Shown one piece after another: positions 59,687 to 64,000 of a stretch of DNA of 64,000 nt. The stretch is from contig JBKJLC010000178.1 in NCBI GenBank assembly GCA_046597055.1, positions 8,303 through 72,302 of the forward strand. The letters are read 5' to 3'. The position numbers and the translations under genes are program-made. Numbering within the stretch: position 1 is the stretch's first letter; the number at the start of each line of letters is the position of its first letter. The notes under the pieces were generated by a model. That model saw only the letters and a list, made by a program, of their open reading frames with translations. It had not been told where the DNA came from and ran no database searches. Source of the DNA: Kofleriaceae bacterium. GTDB lineage: Bacteria; Myxococcota_A; Polyangia; Haliangiales; Haliangiaceae.

Positions 59687-60900
59687 TATTGCTGCTCCGC
59701 CGGCTTGGCGGGGACCAGCGCCGGGGCCGCCGGGGCCGCCGGCGCCGGCGGGACCGCAGCCGGCGTCGCCGTCGGCACCGCGGGGCCAGCGTGCCTGGGC
59801 GGCGGTGCGGTGACCTTGGTGCCGGCCGGGATGCCGCGCGCGGCGCGGTCGAGGACCACCAGCTCGCCGGCGACCAGGCCCGAGGTCACCTCGATCAGCT
59901 CGCGCCGATCGTCGCGCAGCCCGGTGGCGATCGCGACCCGCTCGGCGGTGCCGTCCTTGACCCGCAGCACGGTCGGGCGGTCGGCGGAGCCGTCGACCGC
60001 GGCCTGCGGGATGACCAGCGTGCTGCGCTCCTCGGAGGCGACCCGGCCCTCCGCGAACAGGCCGGCGATCAGCTTGCCCCCCGGGTTCGGGATCTCGACG
60101 ATGAGCGGGACCTGGCGGGTGACCGGGTCGGCGGCCGGCGCGATCCGCTGGATCGTGCCGGTGAAGCGCTGGCCGGGATAGCCGCGGACCTCGAAGGTAA
60201 GGGTCTTGCCGACCGCGACCAGGCTGAGGTCGGCCGACGACACCGACGCCTCCAGCCGCATCGTCGACGGCACGATGATCTCGTACAGGACCGCCCCCAT
60301 GGTGACGACGTCGCCCTGGTTGACTGCGCGCTGCGCGACCACGCCGGCGATCGGCGAGCGCACGGTGGCGTCGCCCAGCTGCGACCGGGAGCCCGCGGCC
60401 AGGGCCTGGGCCTGGTCGACCCCTGCCTTGGCGGCCGCGGCGGTGCTGCGAACCCGGTCGAGCTCGCGCTGCGCGACCGCGCCACCCGCGACCAGCGCCG
60501 CGGTGCGATCGACCTCGCGCCGGGCCAGCTCGTAGTTGGCCTGGGCCGACGCGACCCCGGCCTGCGACGAGCGCAGGGCGTCGTCGAGCGAGTTGGCCTC
60601 GATCCGGGCGAGCAGCGCGTTCCGGGCGACCGCCTCGCCGATGTCGGGGCCGACCGCGACGACCGCACCGCCGACCTCCGCGCGCACCAGCGCCCGCTCA
60701 CGAGCCTCGAGCGTACCCGACACCCGCGGTCCGGTCGCGATGGGACCCTGGGCGACCACCACGACGTCCTCGGCGGCGAGCTTGATCACGATGCCAGCGG
60801 GATCGGCAGCGGGTGCCGCGGGCTGCTTGCAGGCGGCGAGCGCGGCGCCGAGGACGAGGATCATCAGCGCGGGGCGCGACGTGACGGCGGACGGGGACAT
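59686..60900 (-). CDS. RND membrane fusion (periplasmic adaptor) lipoprotein
   Basis: Lipobox LAAC; hairpin; VRSPIAGVV; ADPVTR; L.AGLFA. Confidence 0.93.
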   Translation of the reverse strand: MSPSAVTSRPALMILVLGAALAACKQPAAPAADPAGIVIKLAAEDVVVVAQGPIATGPRVSGTLEARERALVRAEVGGAVVAVGPDIGEAVARNALLARIEANSLDDALRSSQAGVASAQANYELARREVDRTAALVAGGAVAQRELDRVRSTAAAAKAGVDQAQALAAGSRSQLGDATVRSPIAGVVAQRAVNQGDVVTMGAVLYEIIVPSTMRLEASVSSADLSLVAVGKTLTFEVRGYPGQRFTGTIQRIAPAADPVTRQVPLIVEIPNPGGKLIAGLFAEGRVASEERSTLVIPQAAVDGSADRPTVLRVKDGTAERVAIATGLRDDRRELIEVTSGLVAGELVVLDRAARGIPAGTKVTAPPPRHAGPAVPTATPAAVPPAPAAPAAPALVPAKPAEQQ

Positions 60901-60911
60901 GGGTCTACCTC

Positions 60912-62342
60912 TCAGAAGCCGGTCGGGGCGGATCCGGTTACACTCGACGGCGCCAGCCCGGCGGCGGCGCCCAGCGGCAGCCCCGGCAGCAGCTCCCGGC
61001 GCACCCGCGCCAGGCGCAGGTCGCGAGCCGCCCGCGCCTGGTTGAGCTGGGCCTGCTGGAGCTGCAGGCGGGTGTCGTTGAGCTCGAGCTGGGTCGACGC
61101 GCCCTGCTGGTAGCGGACCTCGGCGATCTCGAAGGCGCGCTCGGCCTGGGTCATCGTGCGCTCGCTGGTCTGCCAGGTCGCTTCGGCGGTCGCGATCGCC
61201 GCGTCGATCTGGACCGCCTCGACCTGGGTGACCTCGGTCGCCTCGGCCAGCCGCGCCTGGGCGACGCGCACGTCGGCGCGCGCGGCGCGGACCGCGGCCC
61301 GGCGCCGGAAGCCGTCGAACACCGGGAAGCTGACCGCCACCCCGACCGTCCAGTTGGTGCGCCAGTCGGTGTCGAACAGGAAGCCGTCGGGATAGTCGAC
61401 GAAGCCCAGGTCCGAGCTCGCGTTCAGCTGCGGCCAGCGGTCGGCGCGGGCCACGCCGAGCGACGCCGTGCGCGCACGCACGACCTGCTCGGCCTGGGCC
61501 ACCGCGGTGCGCGGTGCGCCGGCTTCCAGCCCGGCCGCGGCGCGCGCGGTCGGCGCCAGCCGGTCGACGTCCTCGACCTCGAGCGCGCTGGTCAGCTCGA
61601 CCGGCGCGCCGAGCGGGAGGCCGACCAGGCGCTTGAGCTGCACCAGCCCGACGTCGCGGCTGGCGCGGAACTGCACGAGCGCGGTGCGCTGGTTGTCGCG
61701 CGCGACCTCGGCGCGCAGGACGTCGAACTCCGGCACCGCGCCGTTGCGCTGGCTGAGCTGCGCGTCGGCGAGGGTGCGCTCGGCCTGGGCCAGCGAGGCC
61801 TCGGCGATCGCGACCTGGCGCAGCGCGAGCGCGGCGTCGTAGTAGGCCTGCGCGACCGCGAGCACGACCTGCGCCTGCACCGAGCGCACGTCGAGCTGCG
61901 CGGCCACGACCCCGGCGCGGGCCTGCGCGATCGACGACGAGGTGCGCCCGCCGTCGTAGATCGGCTGCACGATGGTGAGGCCGGCGCGCCAGGTGTTCGA
62001 CTGCCCGAACGGCAGATCGACCGCGGCGCCGGGCATCGACATGTCGGACGGGAACGACAGGCCCTCGAACTCGGTCTTGAGCGTGCGCTGGTAGGCCGCG
62101 CTGGCGTTGACCTGCGGCAGCCGGCCGCTGCGCGCGGCGGCGACCTGCTCGCGGGCGCCGTCGACGCTGGCCCGCGCCGCGGTCAGCGACTCGGACGACG
62201 GCGCAGCCCGACCGAGGGCGTCCTCGATCGACAGCCGCACCGGGGCGATGCCGTCTGCGGGCTGGGCGGCGGCCGGTGACGCCGTGCCCATCGTGACCGC
62301 CAGGAACAGACCGAGCATCGGAGCATCACATCGCGTCAGCAT
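60912..62342 (-). CDS. TolC family outer-membrane efflux protein
   Basis: Two OEP repeats (RLPQVNA…QPIYDGG; RWPQLNA…FPVFDGF; RYQQG); start approximate. Confidence 0.92.
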   Translation of the reverse strand: MLTRCDAPMLGLFLAVTMGTASPAAAQPADGIAPVRLSIEDALGRAAPSSESLTAARASVDGAREQVAAARSGRLPQVNASAAYQRTLKTEFEGLSFPSDMSMPGAAVDLPFGQSNTWRAGLTIVQPIYDGGRTSSSIAQARAGVVAAQLDVRSVQAQVVLAVAQAYYDAALALRQVAIAEASLAQAERTLADAQLSQRNGAVPEFDVLRAEVARDNQRTALVQFRASRDVGLVQLKRLVGLPLGAPVELTSALEVEDVDRLAPTARAAAGLEAGAPRTAVAQAEQVVRARTASLGVARADRWPQLNASSDLGFVDYPDGFLFDTDWRTNWTVGVAVSFPVFDGFRRRAAVRAARADVRVAQARLAEATEVTQVEAVQIDAAIATAEATWQTSERTMTQAERAFEIAEVRYQQGASTQLELNDTRLQLQQAQLNQARAARDLRLARVRRELLPGLPLGAAAGLAPSSVTGSAPTGF

Positions 62343-62364
62343 GAGCAGGATGCTGGGTAGCACG

Positions 62365-63807
62365 TCAGGGCGTGCCGGCGAGTGGTCGGGTCGCCGCCAG
62401 GCTGGCAAACCCGACCGCCCAGGCACCGACGGCGAACCAGCCGAGGACCGCGGTCTCCAGGGCGACGCCGCGACACCCGGCGAGGACGGCACAGGCCAGC
62501 AGGTGGGCGGCGACCGCGAGCTCGAGGACCAGCGTGAGGCCCGGGCGGACCCGGTAGGAGCGCGGCGCCCGAGCCGCCCCGACCGCGCCGTCCTTCGGCG
62601 TGCGGACGAACTCGCTTCGGCGGCCGAGCAGCCCTTCGAGGATCGCGCGCGACTGCGAGACCGCCAGCCCCGCGGTGAGCGCGACCAGCGCCGGCACCCG
62701 CAGGATCGTCACGACCAGCGGTCGCCCCAGCCGGCGCTGCGAGGTGGCGACGAAGCCGGCCAGCACGGCGAGGGTGACCACGGCCGAGCCGGCGTGGACC
62801 GCGCGCGCCCAGCCGGGGCCACCGCCGAGCCCGAGCGCGAGACCACCGGCGAGCAGCACGATCAGCGTGAGCAGGTACGGCAGGTTGTGGGTGAGATGGA
62901 ACAGGGCCTCGAGCCGGTGGCGCAGCGGCCAGCGGGCGCGCAGCGCCTGCGGCACCAGCTTGCGCGCGCACTCGATCGAACCCTTGGCCCACCGGAACTG
63001 CTGCGACTTGAACGCGAGCACGTCGGCCGGCAGCTCGGCCGGCACCACCACGTCGTCGAGGTATACGAAGCGCCAGCCGCGCAGCGCGGCCCGGTACGAC
63101 AGATCGAGATCCTCGGTCAGGGTGTCGGCGTGCCAGCCGCCGGCGTCGGCGATCGCGGTCGCCCGCCACAGCCCGGCGGTGCCGTTGAAGTTGAAGCACG
63201 CCCCGGCGTGGGCGCGGCCGGCCTGCTCGACCGCGAAGTGGCCATCGAGGAGGAGCGCCTGCAGCCGGGTCAGCAGGCTGCGGTCGCGGTTGAGGTGACC
63301 CCAGCGGGCCTGGACCATGCCGACCGCCGGGTCGGCGAAGTGCGCGACGGTGCGGCGCAGGAAGTCGGGCGGTGGCACGAAGTCGGCGTCGAGCACGCAG
63401 ATCAGCTCGCCGCGGGCGACCGCGCGACCGGCCTCGAGCGCCCCCGCCTTCCAGCCGGTGCGAGCCACCCGGTGGACGTGCACGGCCTCGACCCCGCCGG
63501 CCCGCGCGGTGGCGACCGCGTCGGCGCACCGCGCGCGGGTGTCATCGGTCGAGTCGTCGAGGACCTGGACCTCGAGCCGATCGCGCGGCCACTCGAGCGC
63601 GGCGGCGGCGGCGATCACGCGGGTCGCGACCGCGCGCTCGTTGTAGATCGGCAGCTGCACGGTGACGAACGGCAGCGCGGCCGGCAGCCCGGGCGCCACC
63701 ACCGGCCGCCGGCGCAGCGCGCGTACGATCAGCGCGATCCGGTGGCCACCGTAGACCGCGAGCAGCGCGAGCGCGCCCAGGTACACGGTCCACACGACTG
63801 CCAGCAC
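62365..63807 (-). CDS. GT2 processive glycosyltransferase (cellulose/mannan synthase-like)
   Basis: VQLPIYNE, LDDSTD, KAGAL, DADF, LTEDLD, QQFRW (QxxRW); multiple TMs. Confidence 0.92.
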   Translation of the reverse strand: MLAVVWTVYLGALALLAVYGGHRIALIVRALRRRPVVAPGLPAALPFVTVQLPIYNERAVATRVIAAAAALEWPRDRLEVQVLDDSTDDTRARCADAVATARAGGVEAVHVHRVARTGWKAGALEAGRAVARGELICVLDADFVPPPDFLRRTVAHFADPAVGMVQARWGHLNRDRSLLTRLQALLLDGHFAVEQAGRAHAGACFNFNGTAGLWRATAIADAGGWHADTLTEDLDLSYRAALRGWRFVYLDDVVVPAELPADVLAFKSQQFRWAKGSIECARKLVPQALRARWPLRHRLEALFHLTHNLPYLLTLIVLLAGGLALGLGGGPGWARAVHAGSAVVTLAVLAGFVATSQRRLGRPLVVTILRVPALVALTAGLAVSQSRAILEGLLGRRSEFVRTPKDGAVGAARAPRSYRVRPGLTLVLELAVAAHLLACAVLAGCRGVALETAVLGWFAVGAWAVGFASLAATRPLAGTP

Positions 63808-63811
63808 CGCG

Positions 63812-64000
63812 TCACCAGCGACAGCCGGTGGGCGGACACCGCGACACCGCGAGCAGATCCATCGTCCACGCCACGCCGACGTGGATCAGCACGCCACCCC
63901 AGATCGAGCGGGTCCGCATCGCCAGCGTGCCGAGGATCAGGCCGGCGCCGATCGCGCCGAAGGTCTCGGCCATCGGCTTGCCGTAGTGGATCATGCAGTA
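63812..64000 (-). CDS. CPBP/Abi (CAAX protease-like) membrane protein, 3' part only
   Basis: HYGKP…[16 protein letters not shown]…D motif; runs off the window end. Confidence 0.8.
   Translation of the reverse strand, partial: YCMIHYGKPMAETFGAIGAGLILGTLAMRTRSIWGGVLIHVGVAWTMDLLAVSRCPPTGCRW

Overview
Very GC-rich bacterial chromosome segment, most consistent with Myxococcota: two eukaryotic-like Ser/Thr kinases, FHA proteins, an FHA-sigma54 activator, a MYXO-CTERM-like tail, an MshEN-like-REC-TPR protein and CdnL/CarD. About 40 genes are supportable. They include dksA, a GH31 lipoprotein, an envelope-modification block (two GT-C-like membrane proteins, a sulfatase-fold transferase, a PHP hydrolase, a lytic transglycosylase), nadB, an M1 aminopeptidase, lhr-nei, a partial complex I operon (nuoABCD-GHI), two duplicated FG-GAP lipoproteins and an RND efflux operon. 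Several signals are missed by the ORF track. (1) An AhpD/CMD-family gene has an in-frame UGA at the second Cys position (CEF-UGA-TKAH) followed by a SECIS-like hairpin, so it is a probable selenoprotein, with a Cys-less partner gene upstream. (2) A lipoprotein has three PPC repeats, a phosphohistidine domain and an ATP-grasp domain, in the domain order of glucan/water dikinases. (3) A stand-alone 6S RNA has its own promoter and terminator. (4) A REP/BIME-like family has a central hairpin that varies in sequence but stays paired. (5) TANNNT boxes recur 5-7 nt before start codons, suggesting widespread leaderless mRNAs. No CRISPR array, tRNA, rRNA, transposase or integrase was recognised. All calls come from reading motifs by eye; no searches were run.
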